Assembly (NCBI GenBank): GCA_001464115.1
Contig: LNES01000003.1
Location: forward strand, 516,943-580,942
Reading direction: 5' to 3'
DNA from: Chlamydiae bacterium Ga0074140
GTDB lineage: Bacteria; Chlamydiota; Chlamydiia; Chlamydiales; Rhabdochlamydiaceae
DNA: 64,000 bases
Of the stretch, positions 47,021 to 56,597 are shown in pieces; the stretch's first letter is position 1, and each line of letters opens with the position of its first letter. A program made the translations under genes and the position numbers. Below the pieces are notes generated by a model. It did no database searches, was not told where the DNA came from, and worked only from the letters and a program-made list of their open reading frames with translations.

Positions 47021-47841
47021 TTCGTTTTGGTCTCAGCTTTAGGTGCTTGTGCAGGCTTAGCTTCTGCTTTTGGGGTAGCAGGCGCTTGAGCTGTTTTTGC
47101 ATCAGCTTTAGGCTCAACTTTTGGGGCCTGCGCAGTTTTTGCTTCCACTTTAGCTTCTGCTTTAGGAGCAGGTGCAGGAGCTTGTGCGGTTTTTGTATCC
47201 GCTTTTGGAGCAGCAGCAGGAGCCGGAGCCTGAACGGTTGCAGACGCTGGTGCTGGCGCGATGTCAGCCTCTACGGGAGCCTGTTGAATAGCAGGCGCCT
47301 GTGCATGTTTCTTTCCATCCTGATCATAAGTTCTGTCCATCTCACTCACAACTTGCGCTGTGATTTCTAGCTGTGGCGAATAGAAGAAGCAGGCCTCTTT
47401 GTTGATGACCATAGTGAGCTTCTTATCTTTAGCAACTTTTTCCGCGGCGGTGCTGATGCTGTTTGAAAGCATCTGAATGATGCGCATGTTTGCTTGATTG
47501 AGAACTTGGTAATACTGAGACTGGTAGCGGTTGAGCTCTTCGTTCAAGTTTTGAAACTTGTTCTTCAACTCTTCTTCGCCCTCAGGAGAAAGACCGTCCA
47601 TGAACTCTTGATCGTTCAATTTGGTGCTGATCTCGGTGAGTTGTTTTTCAGTGTCTTCTAAAAGAGAGGAGAGTTGCTTTTTCAGCGCTTCGAAAGAGGC
47701 CTGCTCTTGCTTGCCGAGCTTAGAGTCGGTCACGCAGTTTCCGAAATTGACAACGCCAACAGAGGCAGACTCTGCAGCAAAAGCACTACCTGTGCAAAGC
47801 AGTGTTGAAGTGAGTAAGCTAAAAAGTAAACGGTTCTTCAT
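47017..47841 (-). CDS. skp: OmpH/Skp periplasmic chaperone with an A/P/K-rich repetitive C-terminal extension
   Basis: Signal peptide, a Skp-like coiled-coil core, then about 95 aa of repeats of KTAQAP and PKAEAK type. It lies between bamA and lpxD. Confidence 0.8.
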   Translation of the reverse strand: MKNRLLFSLLTSTLLCTGSAFAAESASVGVVNFGNCVTDSKLGKQEQASFEALKKQLSSLLEDTEKQLTEISTKLNDQEFMDGLSPEGEEELKNKFQNLNEELNRYQSQYYQVLNQANMRIIQMLSNSISTAAEKVAKDKKLTMVINKEACFFYSPQLEITAQVVSEMDRTYDQDGKKHAQAPAIQQAPVEADIAPAPASATVQAPAPAAAPKADTKTAQAPAPAPKAEAKVEAKTAQAPKVEPKADAKTAQAPATPKAEAKPAQAPKAETKTK

Positions 47842-47869
47842 AAAATTTGCTCCTTGTTCATGTAAAACA

Positions 47870-50236
47870 TTAAAACTGTCCTCCCATCGAGAAGAAGAAG
47901 TGTTTGACTTGTTCTTTACGCGTTGGGTTTACAGGGAATCCATATCCAAGCGTCACTGGGACGCGATTGATGAGTTCTATTCTTGTACCCACACCATAGC
48001 TCAAGTTGTAATGGCCAATTGCGAAGCGGTGGCTTGACACAGATCCCGCATCGATAAAGGCGAAGAGATCCAAGAATCTAAAAACCTCGTGCGAATATTC
48101 TACCGAGAAGAGTGAGGAGGAGATACCGCCCGATGGATCGTCTCCCTTCCCGAGTCGAGGACCCAGATCAAAAGCTCTATAACCGCGGACAGAGTTCTCT
48201 CCGCCCAAGAAGAAGCGCTCAGCAAGAGGGATCTGGTCAAAGGTATTTGTCTTCCAGACCGGCTCAATAAAGCGGAATTCAGCGCGATACTTCATCGTGC
48301 CGCGTCTCCAAAGGTGCTGGTAGATATTGTTGATGAAGCCGAAACGGAAGAAGGTGAAATCTCCTCCAATACCTGTGTACTCTGTATCGAGGACGGAACG
48401 GACGCCGCGATGGGGCTTGATCGCGCTGTCTGTCGAATCGTAAGAGAGAGAGATGCCAGCTCCGGAGAGGAGACCTTCGCTATCTGCGGTTTCTCTCGCC
48501 TTCTTTTTGATGTCATGTGTGAAGTTGACGCTATCATTGCGAATGCGGTACTTGGTTCCAAACGTCCAATAAGGAGTTAAGGGGTAGGAAGCGTAAACGG
48601 TGAGTCCCAGAGTGTTAATTCTATAATCACTAGATTGCAGGTTGCTGACCGTCTTCTCGCCGTTGAACCCGAAACGCCAGAGCGTATCGCGGAAATAGGG
48701 AGTCATCCAGGAGATCGAATAGGAGCGTTGTTTAGCTCCAATGCTCACACGCGCATGGGCGTACTCGCCACCACCACGCACAGCGGAGAATCCCTTTGTG
48801 AAAATTTTGGTAATGCCGCGGATGTTGAAATTACTTTCTGAGAGATCGAGCCCTCCGAAGATATTATCCGCAGAGCTAAATCCAGCGAAGAGGCTCACAT
48901 TTCCGGTGTGGGTCTCTTCAACTTCGATGAATACGTCGCGGTAGTTCTCTCCAAGAGATTGATCCTCTTGCGTTCTAACCGCGTAAACATTGACCTGTTT
49001 GAAGTAGCCAATACCTTCAAGACGTGTTTGCGTCGCTTTCAATTTGGCAGAATCAAAGGTCTCTCCAGGGATCAGGAGCGATTCGTGCAAGATCACGTTC
49101 TCCTGCGTCTGGACGTTACCGATGATATGGATCATCCCGATCTTGTACTGCAAGCCCTCTTCAATCTCGTAATGGACGTTGTAGACCGGTGCGACTTCGC
49201 TTAATCGAGTTTCGTATTGGACGGTGGCATCGATGTACCCTTTTCGTCCGTAGAGCTCTTTAATCGCTTGCGCCGTCTCTCTCAGCTTGTCAGGAGAGTA
49301 GACACCCTCGGGACGTGCGAGAAACTGCGTTTCGATCTGCTCATCGGTGAAGAGCGTGTTGCCATCAAAAGTAACCTCTCCAAAGTGGAAGATCGGCCCG
49401 CGGTTTGCGGTGATCTCGATGATGATCTTGCCTTCAGATTTTGCAGTGGAAATTTTGATGTCGACCTTTGCATCGGCGTAGCCTTCGTTCTGCAAATAGT
49501 TGACGATCGTGAGCTTGTCTTGCTCAAGCGCTTCTTCGTTGTAGAGACCAGAGCCGAGAATCCAATAGGTGAGAAGATTGTACTTCTTCGTGTGGACCAT
49601 CTCGAGGATTGCCGACTTCTCGTCGCTGGTAAAGCCCTTAAAGATGATGCTGTCGATCTTTCCCGAACGCCCCTCTTTCACATGGATTTCGATATCCACT
49701 TCATTCGTTTTTGGATCAGGGATAATGCGGTAGTCGAGTTCCGATTCAAAATACCCCTTTTTGACGTAGAACTCTTTAACCTTGTTGAACGCCTTGCTAA
49801 AGGTTTGACGATTGAATGTTGAGGAGGGTTTAAGACCCAACTCTTTTTGAAGCTTTTTTGTCTTGAAATGCTTATTTCCTTCCCAACGAATCGTGCGGAT
49901 TGTAGGACGTGGCCAGAGTTTTAGCGTGATGTACACCTCGCCATTCACCACATCAATCAGAGGTTCTACGCGATCGTAGTCATCGGAAAGAGCCTTTAAG
50001 TCGCCGTCAAAAGTTGTCTGTGAAAATGGATCACCGATCTTTGTTTTTAAGCGGGAGACAACGGTCTTAGGATCGAAAGAGAGGTGAGGCGGAGCATTTT
50101 CGAGCGTGACATCGATATTTCCAACAGGCTTCTCTTCAAAAGCTTCGATCGGTGCAGCGTGCAAAACACTCGTCTGAGCAATGGGCGCGCAGGTAAATGC
50201 GATCAGGGAGATGCAGAGTAGTGTAGTTTTATTCAT
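47870..50236 (-). CDS. bamA: Outer membrane protein assembly factor BamA (Omp85)
   Basis: 788 aa with a signal peptide, POTRA repeats and a C-terminal barrel ending FFFSMGGQF. Confidence 0.93.
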   Translation of the reverse strand: MNKTTLLCISLIAFTCAPIAQTSVLHAAPIEAFEEKPVGNIDVTLENAPPHLSFDPKTVVSRLKTKIGDPFSQTTFDGDLKALSDDYDRVEPLIDVVNGEVYITLKLWPRPTIRTIRWEGNKHFKTKKLQKELGLKPSSTFNRQTFSKAFNKVKEFYVKKGYFESELDYRIIPDPKTNEVDIEIHVKEGRSGKIDSIIFKGFTSDEKSAILEMVHTKKYNLLTYWILGSGLYNEEALEQDKLTIVNYLQNEGYADAKVDIKISTAKSEGKIIIEITANRGPIFHFGEVTFDGNTLFTDEQIETQFLARPEGVYSPDKLRETAQAIKELYGRKGYIDATVQYETRLSEVAPVYNVHYEIEEGLQYKIGMIHIIGNVQTQENVILHESLLIPGETFDSAKLKATQTRLEGIGYFKQVNVYAVRTQEDQSLGENYRDVFIEVEETHTGNVSLFAGFSSADNIFGGLDLSESNFNIRGITKIFTKGFSAVRGGGEYAHARVSIGAKQRSYSISWMTPYFRDTLWRFGFNGEKTVSNLQSSDYRINTLGLTVYASYPLTPYWTFGTKYRIRNDSVNFTHDIKKKARETADSEGLLSGAGISLSYDSTDSAIKPHRGVRSVLDTEYTGIGGDFTFFRFGFINNIYQHLWRRGTMKYRAEFRFIEPVWKTNTFDQIPLAERFFLGGENSVRGYRAFDLGPRLGKGDDPSGGISSSLFSVEYSHEVFRFLDLFAFIDAGSVSSHRFAIGHYNLSYGVGTRIELINRVPVTLGYGFPVNPTRKEQVKHFFFSMGGQF

Positions 50237-50283
50237 CTAAAATTCTTTCCAGTATCAGCTGATTATAGGGAGGGGGTGGGGTT

Positions 50284-51495
50284 TTAATAAAGAAGATGTT
50301 TTTCGCGCGTCTTTAGGAAGGCCTCACGTTCAGATTGCTGAAAGGGGATGAGCTTCCATGCCACATATTTATCGCGCATGATGATATCCAACATTTCGGG
50401 GTTTCCGCAAATCTGACAAAAAGATTTTTTCTTGGAAGAATTCAAAGCGGAAAGCCGCATGCCGACCTGCTTGGGGTAGAGAGCTTTCAACATCCCAATG
50501 AGAAGAGATTGCACAGCATTGGGTCTATACTGGGTAGAAGAGGTGATAACGATTTTGACACCCTGACAATCTTTGCCTTTGTAAGGGCCGTAAAAAGGGC
50601 GAAAGTAGAAGGGGAGAAATTTCACGCCAGCAAGATTCTGCTCATTGAGTTTTTGTGCGAAGTTTTTTGCATGGATCCAAGGAGCGCCGACAATTTTGAA
50701 CGGCATCGTGTAACCGATACCGATATTTACTAGATCGAGCATCCCCAAAATCCCGGTCGATGCGTAAAAGAAGGGGGTATCGGGCTCTGGGATGTAAGGG
50801 CTAGTGGGAATCCAAGGAAGCCCCGTCTCTTTAAAACTCATCTCCCGTTTCCATCCCTCCATCGAAATCACTTTAAGCGCGCACCCAACTTTGTACTCTT
50901 CATTGAAAAAACGGGCAAGTTCGCCCACCGTCATTCCGTGGCAGTAGGGGACGTTGAGATACCCCACAAATGAGCGCAAATCCTCTCTCATCATCGGCCC
51001 ATCGACGATGACCCCTCCCATAGGGTTAGGTCTATCGAGGACGATCACCGAGATTCCGCGTTTTGCAGCTTCTTCCATCACGTAAAATAGGGTCGATACG
51101 TAGGTGTAGGAGCGACAGCCCACCTCTTGAATGTCAAATACGAGGGTATCGATCCCTTTGAGCATCTGCGCCGTGGGTCTTCTTGTCGCGCCATAGAGGC
51201 TATAAACCGGAGTCTTTCCGATCTTGTGCGAGATCTTCTCATCCGCGTAGGCATTTCCATTAAGGCCATGTTCGGGCGCAAAGAGAGCAACGAGGGTAAA
51301 TTCTTTCGATTCGCTGAAGAGCTCTGCCGCCGTTCGCAGCTCACGGTTTACACCCGTTTGATTGGTGATGAGCCCTACTTTTTTCCCCTTTAAAGCTTGG
51401 GCGTGGCCATCCCTAAAGAAGAGGTCGAGCCCCACTTGCACCTCTGCGGCTAATGTGCTCGCAAACACGAGAAATAGGAGGCAAAGTTTGCGCAT
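50284..51495 (-). CDS. DUF1343 family protein (NamZ-like exo-beta-N-acetylmuramidase)
   Basis: 403 aa with a signal peptide and the blocks VGLITNQTGV, LFAPEHG, DIQEVGCRSYTY and LDRPNP. Confidence 0.8.
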   Translation of the reverse strand: MRKLCLLFLVFASTLAAEVQVGLDLFFRDGHAQALKGKKVGLITNQTGVNRELRTAAELFSESKEFTLVALFAPEHGLNGNAYADEKISHKIGKTPVYSLYGATRRPTAQMLKGIDTLVFDIQEVGCRSYTYVSTLFYVMEEAAKRGISVIVLDRPNPMGGVIVDGPMMREDLRSFVGYLNVPYCHGMTVGELARFFNEEYKVGCALKVISMEGWKREMSFKETGLPWIPTSPYIPEPDTPFFYASTGILGMLDLVNIGIGYTMPFKIVGAPWIHAKNFAQKLNEQNLAGVKFLPFYFRPFYGPYKGKDCQGVKIVITSSTQYRPNAVQSLLIGMLKALYPKQVGMRLSALNSSKKKSFCQICGNPEMLDIIMRDKYVAWKLIPFQQSEREAFLKTREKHLLY

Positions 51496-52091
51496 TAGAA
51501 ACCCAGCCTTCCTGTAAGAGCGTGTGATAAAGTTCCACCGTCGACAAAATCGAGAGAACTTCCCATCGGCAGGCCAAATGCCAACCTAGAAACTTTAATA
51601 CCACTCTCGCTCAACTGCTCCTTAATGTAGAGAGCGGTGGTATCTCCCTCGAGGGTGGAATCAAGAGCAAGAATGACCTCTTGTACCCCATGCTCAGCAA
51701 TGCGCTTTTTCAGCCCCGGAAGATCGAGATGGTGCGGATGCCGGCCATCAAGAGGGGAGAGAAGGCCGCCGAGCACGTGATAAAGGCCGTTAAAAGCCTT
51801 GGTCTCTTCAAGGGCAAAAACATCTTTGGCAGAGGCGATAACGCATAGCGTACGCGTCTCGCGTTTCGAAAGATTACAAAATTCGCAGCCCGTCTCATCC
51901 ATCAAACAATGACATTCAGGGCAGGCGGCGATCCGCGCCTTGGCTGTGGCAACGCTTTCAGCAAGATCTGCAAGATGGGACTCAGGCCAATTTAGGAGGT
52001 GAAAGGCGAAGCGTTCAGCCGTTCGGCTGCCCACGCCTGGGAGCTTTTTGAGGTTAGCGATCAGTCTCAAAAGAGGAGCGGGGTATTTGGG
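51495..52091 (-). CDS. recR: Recombination protein RecR
   Basis: LIANLKKLPGVGSRTAERFAFHLL, C4 zinc finger CPECHCL...CEFC, and a Toprim domain. I placed the start at MPKYPAPL. The longer track ORF extends into a repeat element. Confidence 0.9.
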   Translation of the reverse strand, partial: PKYPAPLLRLIANLKKLPGVGSRTAERFAFHLLNWPESHLADLAESVATAKARIAACPECHCLMDETGCEFCNLSKRETRTLCVIASAKDVFALEETKAFNGLYHVLGGLLSPLDGRHPHHLDLPGLKKRIAEHGVQEVILALDSTLEGDTTALYIKEQLSESGIKVSRLAFGLPMGSSLDFVDGGTLSHALTGRLGF

Positions 52092-52150
52092 CATAATAAA
52101 GTAAGGTAACTGAGCGATGGTTTGTTGCGCAACCGGAGATAGGGGAGAAA

Positions 52151-52224
52151 GATCGGGCACGAAAGAAATCTAAAAACGCCTTTTCTTTTTCGTGCCCGAG
52201 CCCGTTCCCGTGTGCGTGCCCGAT
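52151..52224. repeat. Family C palindromic element
   Basis: GATCGGGCACGAAAG ... CCTTTTCTTTTTCGTGCCCGA-GCCCGTTCCCGTGTGCGTGCCCGATC. It shares a template with the sequence at about 35395-35470 but uses different stem words. Confidence 0.6.
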
Positions 52225-52344
52225 CTCTCTTATATTTTTATTTATTCATATTAAATTTTTTACTACCCACTTCTCTCGAAGTTCTTCCAATTTTTCTCTC
52301 ACTGGTGTAAAATTGAACGAAGTTTAACATTAAAATTTTGTTTT

Positions 52345-53337
52345 ATGAAGACAGCCAGAATTATCGGAACAGGCTCCTATTTACCCGAGCGCATCTTAAC
52401 CAACGCCGACTTGGAGAAGATGGTTGAGACATCGGATGAGTGGATCGTCACGCGTACCGGCATGAAAGAGCGTCGTCTTGCACGTCAAGATGAGTTCCCC
52501 TCCGATATGGGCGTTGAAGCTGCTAAGAGAGCTATTGAAGCCGCGGGGATTAAAAACGAAGAGATCGACCTCATTCTCGTTGCTACCTTGACATCTGATC
52601 ACATCTTTCCGAGCACCGCGTGCCTGATCCAGGCGCGTTTAGGGTTGACTAACGCGTCCGCTTTTGATCTTCAGGCTGCGTGCACGGGCTATATCTACGC
52701 GCTTTCAACTGCAAAAGCGTATATCGAATCGGGCCTGTATAAAAATGTTCTTATCGTCGCATCAGAAAAACTCTCTTCGATTGTTAACTACAAAGACAGA
52801 AATACCTGTGTTCTTTTTGGAGACGGAGCCTCTGCGTGTGTCGTGAGTCACCAGGGTAAAGGGCTTCTCATCCAACAGGTTTGTTTAGGTTGCGATGGGG
52901 AACAGGCAGAACTTCTCATCCAGCCCGCAGGAGGATCGCGCCGTCCAGCTTCTCAGCAGACGGTCGCAGAAAACCTCCACACGATCCATATGGATGGAAA
53001 AGAGACCTTTAAACACGCCGTGCGGCGTATGGAATCTGCTTCAAAGCAGTGCATCGAACGCGCTGGCTTAAAAGAAAGTGAGATTAGCTGGCTTGTGCCG
53101 CATCAGGCGAACATACGCATCATCGAAGCGATCGCTAAACGTTTTGACATTCCGATGGAGCGGGTCTATCTCACCATCCACAAGTATGGAAATACCTCCG
53201 CCTCTTCGATTGGAATTGCACTCGACGAGCTCCTAAGAGAAAAAACAGTTGCAAACGGAGACAACCTTCTCCTCACCGCCTTCGGTGCAGGACTTACTTG
53301 GGGATCCTCTCTTTTAACTAAGACGGAGGGAAAATGA
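52345..53337 (+). CDS. fabH: 3-oxoacyl-ACP synthase III
   Basis: Active-site region AFDLQAACTGYIYAL, plus HQANIRI and GNTSASSI. Confidence 0.93.
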   Translation: MKTARIIGTGSYLPERILTNADLEKMVETSDEWIVTRTGMKERRLARQDEFPSDMGVEAAKRAIEAAGIKNEEIDLILVATLTSDHIFPSTACLIQARLGLTNASAFDLQAACTGYIYALSTAKAYIESGLYKNVLIVASEKLSSIVNYKDRNTCVLFGDGASACVVSHQGKGLLIQQVCLGCDGEQAELLIQPAGGSRRPASQQTVAENLHTIHMDGKETFKHAVRRMESASKQCIERAGLKESEISWLVPHQANIRIIEAIAKRFDIPMERVYLTIHKYGNTSASSIGIALDELLREKTVANGDNLLLTAFGAGLTWGSSLLTKTEGK

Positions 53338-54269
53338 GTAAAAAGATCGTCTTTCTATTTCCAGGCCAGGGAGCACAGTATGTGGCGATGGGTAAAGACT
53401 TTTACGACCAGTTTCCCTCTGCTCGTGAGGTGTTTGAAGAGGCAGACGACCTTCTTCGCTTTTCCCTCTCGAAACTCATTTTTGAAGGTCCGGCAGATGA
53501 ACTCATGCTCACCAAAAACAGCCAGGTCGCAATCTTTGTCACAAGCCTTGCAATTCTCCGCGTTTTCCGCGAACAGTTTCCCGAAATCGAACCGACGATC
53601 TGCGCAGGCTTAAGCCTAGGGGAGTACACAGCTCTTGTAGCCGCGGGCAAGATCTCGTTTGCAGATGGCCTTTCTCTTGTCCGCGCGCGCGGACAGTTCA
53701 TGCATGATGCATGCCTCTCAGCGCCGGGAACCATGCGCGTTGTCCTAGGGCTCTCTCCCGAAAAGGTGCAGAGCGTGCTTCCGGAAGGAGTCTGGATCGC
53801 CAATCTCAACTGTCCAGGCCAGGTCGTGATTGCTGGCTCTCAGAAGAAGCTTGAAGCAGTCGAACCTCTTTTAAAAGAGCAAGGTGCAAAAAGAGTCCTT
53901 CCTATCGATGTCTCTGGAGCCTTCCATACACCACATATGCGAGAAGCGGAAGAGAAGCTCAGACCTCTCATCGAGCGCACAGCAATTAAAGATAGCTCTG
54001 CAAGTGTCGTGATGAACACACTGGGAGCTCCCGCGAATTCTAACACCGAGCTCAAAGAGGCACTCATTCGACAAGTCACATCATCTGTGCTCTGGGAGAA
54101 AGGGATCCGACATATCGATGCTGAAGGCGTCGATCTCTACATCGAAATCGGCTGCGGAACAACCCTTCGCGGAATGAACAAGAAGATCGATGTAAAAGCG
54201 CCAACACTCAACATCGAAAAAATACAAAACTTAGAGGAGTTTTCACAGCATGTCTTTGCTCAAAGATAA
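53334..54269 (+). CDS. fabD: Malonyl CoA-ACP transacylase
   Basis: Blocks FLFPGQGAQY, GLSLGEYTAL and VSGAFHTPHM. Confidence 0.92.
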   Translation: MSKKIVFLFPGQGAQYVAMGKDFYDQFPSAREVFEEADDLLRFSLSKLIFEGPADELMLTKNSQVAIFVTSLAILRVFREQFPEIEPTICAGLSLGEYTALVAAGKISFADGLSLVRARGQFMHDACLSAPGTMRVVLGLSPEKVQSVLPEGVWIANLNCPGQVVIAGSQKKLEAVEPLLKEQGAKRVLPIDVSGAFHTPHMREAEEKLRPLIERTAIKDSSASVVMNTLGAPANSNTELKEALIRQVTSSVLWEKGIRHIDAEGVDLYIEIGCGTTLRGMNKKIDVKAPTLNIEKIQNLEEFSQHVFAQR

Positions 54270-55005
54270 AAAAGCTCTCGTCACCGGTGGTACCGCAGGG
54301 ATCGGCAAAGAGATTGCACTCCGTTTTGCAAAAGAGGGTGCGCATGTTGTCATTTTTGGAACAAGCACAGAGCGTGCTGCCGAAGTGTTGAAAGAGCTCG
54401 AACAGGCCCGCATCTCTCCTGAACAGAAATTTGCTGCAGAAGTTGTCAATGTCGCAGATAAAAAATCAGTTGAGGGTACCCTCCAAAAGCTACAGGCTAC
54501 ATTTGGAGCCGTCGACATTCTCGTCAACAACGCCGGAATCACACGCGATAACCTTCTGATGCGCATGAGCGAAGAGGAGTGGGATGAGGTGATCGATGTC
54601 AACCTTAAATCGGTGTACAACACCTCGCAAGCGCTCATCCGCGCGATGCTCAAAGCACGTAGTGGAAAGATCATCAATATCTCATCGGTCGTCGGCTTGA
54701 CAGGAAATGCAGGACAAGTCAATTATGCAGCTTCCAAATCCGGGATGATTGGCTTTACAAAAGCCCTCGCTCAGGAGCTTGCATCGCGAGGAATCTGCGT
54801 CAATTGCATCGCACCAGGTTTTATTAAAACCCGGATGACAGATTCTCTTACGGATCCTCAAAAAGAGATGATCCTGAAGAAGATTCCTATGGGAAGAATG
54901 GGAGATGCAAAAGAGATTGCTGATGCAGCTCTCTTTTTGGCGAGCCCTTTATCCAACTACATCACCGGCCAGGTTCTGACGGTAGATGGTGGAATGGTGA
55001 TGTAG
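54250..55005 (+). CDS. fabG: 3-oxoacyl-ACP reductase
   Basis: Blocks VTGGTAGIGKEIA, NNAGITRD and YAASKSGMIGFTK. Confidence 0.93.
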   Translation: MSLLKDKKALVTGGTAGIGKEIALRFAKEGAHVVIFGTSTERAAEVLKELEQARISPEQKFAAEVVNVADKKSVEGTLQKLQATFGAVDILVNNAGITRDNLLMRMSEEEWDEVIDVNLKSVYNTSQALIRAMLKARSGKIINISSVVGLTGNAGQVNYAASKSGMIGFTKALAQELASRGICVNCIAPGFIKTRMTDSLTDPQKEMILKKIPMGRMGDAKEIADAALFLASPLSNYITGQVLTVDGGMVM

Positions 55006-55045
55006 AAAGAATAGATTTAGTATGTAGAAGAAGTAAGGAGAAACT

Positions 55046-55294
55046 ATGGAAGAAAAAACAGTAGCCATTGAAAAAGAGGTGATGGACATCGTGACCGAGC
55101 AGCTCGGCGTCGATGCCGCTGATGTCACTCTCGAGAAGTCCTTCGTGGAGGACCTCAACGCCGATTCACTCGATCTCACAGAGCTCATCATGACATTTGA
55201 AGAGAAATTTGGGTTCGAGATCTCCGAAGAAGAAGCTGAAAAGCTCAAAACCGTCGGAGACGTCGTAGCCTATATCCGCAAAAAGAAACCTTAA
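55046..55294 (+). CDS. acpP: Acyl carrier protein
   Basis: 82 aa with the phosphopantetheine attachment motif [13 protein letters not shown]. Confidence 0.92.
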   Translation: MEEKTVAIEKEVMDIVTEQLGVDAADVTLEKSFVEDLNADSLDLTELIMTFEEKFGFEISEEEAEKLKTVGDVVAYIRKKKP

Positions 55295-55300
55295 CCGGTT

Positions 55301-55386
55301 TGGAGTGCGGTGACTTGTCACCGCTTTTCTCCGCCGCGACTCGTCGCGGTGGAACAAGAGGCGACGTTCAAAGCGTCGCCTTTTTT
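55301..55386. repeat. Family B multi-hairpin element, left-half variant
   Basis: TGGAGTGCGGTGACTTGTCACCGC-TTTTCTCC-GCCGCGACTCGTCGCGG ... GGCGACGTTCAAAGCGTCGCC followed by TTTTTT. It lies directly after the acpP stop. Confidence 0.75.
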
Positions 55387-55493
55387 CTTATCCAGTCGCC
55401 ATTTTTAAATAAATCTTTTGCGTCGAGTTTAAGGAGAAATTCTGCTAAAATCTCTGCAGTTTTTCACATCTCAACACGGAGTTTTAAGATAAA

Positions 55494-56597
55494 ATGAGCA
55501 TCTACCTTCAGAGTAGTCCCTACGCGCTGCCTGCGCACCTGCTTCTCAATGTACTTGAGTATGCTGGCGACAGAGAGTGTGGACCGTTAGTAGAGCCAGC
55601 AAGTTTGCTCGATTCTATGGAGAGTGTTCGTTCGCCCAACTGCACCGAAGTTGCTGTGCGCTTTTCGTACGAAAAAATCCTCAAGCTGATGGAACGGTTT
55701 CTCAAATTTGGTCAGGAGTGGAATCTTCTGAATGAGGTGCATGTCGGGATCGCAGATCTCGCGCGGACGCCGATGCTCTGTTGCCGACGAACCGTAGTGA
55801 ATATGCGAGAAGACAGGGTGCACCGCTTTGCCCTAACAAATGCACAGTCGATCTATCCCACAGGCACCGAAGTGGTGCGTTTGCATCTGCATGAAGATAT
55901 CACCGCAAAAGCAGGTGCAAAAGAGTTTCAGCAGCATGTGTGCATTCAGAAATTGGACACCCTGTTTAAAGCTGTAGTTCCCTTCGGTGCAAGTAGCGAG
56001 ATCATCAGGCTCACCAGCTGCCATCTAGAGCGCTGTGTGGTCCCACCAGTTGAGGAGCCCGCCCCGCTTGCCAATGTTGCAATGGGTCTTATTTTTGAAT
56101 ATATGCTACCCACGACCAAAGAGATGCTTGCGGTAACAAGAGATGAAACAGACGACCGGTTTTCGGCGATCAAGATCGACTTTAGATACCCCGAAATTGC
56201 CACCTGTTTGGCTTCGATTTACGAGGCTTCTCGCTATTACGCCATTCAAGGGGAAGGCGATCGAGTCCTCGGTGTATTTGCAAAAACCATCTTTCACTTG
56301 GCAGAAGGCACAGGCGTAAAGCCTTTGAATGCACACCGCAAAGAGGCCGTTCGCAGTGAGGTAGGGCGCTACAGAGCTTTTCACTGGGATATGGCTTTAT
56401 GCCAAGAGATTCCTAAAGTCTACAGCGGAATTGTATGCAATGACAGCTCTATTATTCGCATCTACAACATCCTTCTCATGTGCAAAATTTTACCGACAAA
56501 TAAAGCTGAAAAAGCAGCGCCGCGAATTGTGGAAGTAGCACCGAATGAAGATTCCACGACCGTCAAGATTGTATTTAGCAAAGAGGAGGATGCATGA
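55494..56597 (+). CDS. Hypothetical protein consisting of two copies of a module of about 180 aa with an F-box-like start
   Basis: 367 aa. Module starts are LPAHLLLNVLEYAG (aa ~12) and LANVAMGLIFEYMLP (aa ~200). Each is followed about 35-45 aa later by a V-x-(V/I)-x-F-x-Y-(E/P)-(K/E)-I block. It is a paralogue of the next gene. Confidence 0.6.
   Translation: MSIYLQSSPYALPAHLLLNVLEYAGDRECGPLVEPASLLDSMESVRSPNCTEVAVRFSYEKILKLMERFLKFGQEWNLLNEVHVGIADLARTPMLCCRRTVVNMREDRVHRFALTNAQSIYPTGTEVVRLHLHEDITAKAGAKEFQQHVCIQKLDTLFKAVVPFGASSEIIRLTSCHLERCVVPPVEEPAPLANVAMGLIFEYMLPTTKEMLAVTRDETDDRFSAIKIDFRYPEIATCLASIYEASRYYAIQGEGDRVLGVFAKTIFHLAEGTGVKPLNAHRKEAVRSEVGRYRAFHWDMALCQEIPKVYSGIVCNDSSIIRIYNILLMCKILPTNKAEKAAPRIVEVAPNEDSTTVKIVFSKEEDA

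Noticed and set aside
52092-52160. The N-terminal 23 codons of the track's recR ORF (MPDLSPLSPVAQQTIAQLPYFI).
   Set aside because: RecR homologues begin near the LIxxLxxLPGVG helix. The extension runs into the family C repeat at 52151-52224, so the internal Met at 52091 is the more likely start.
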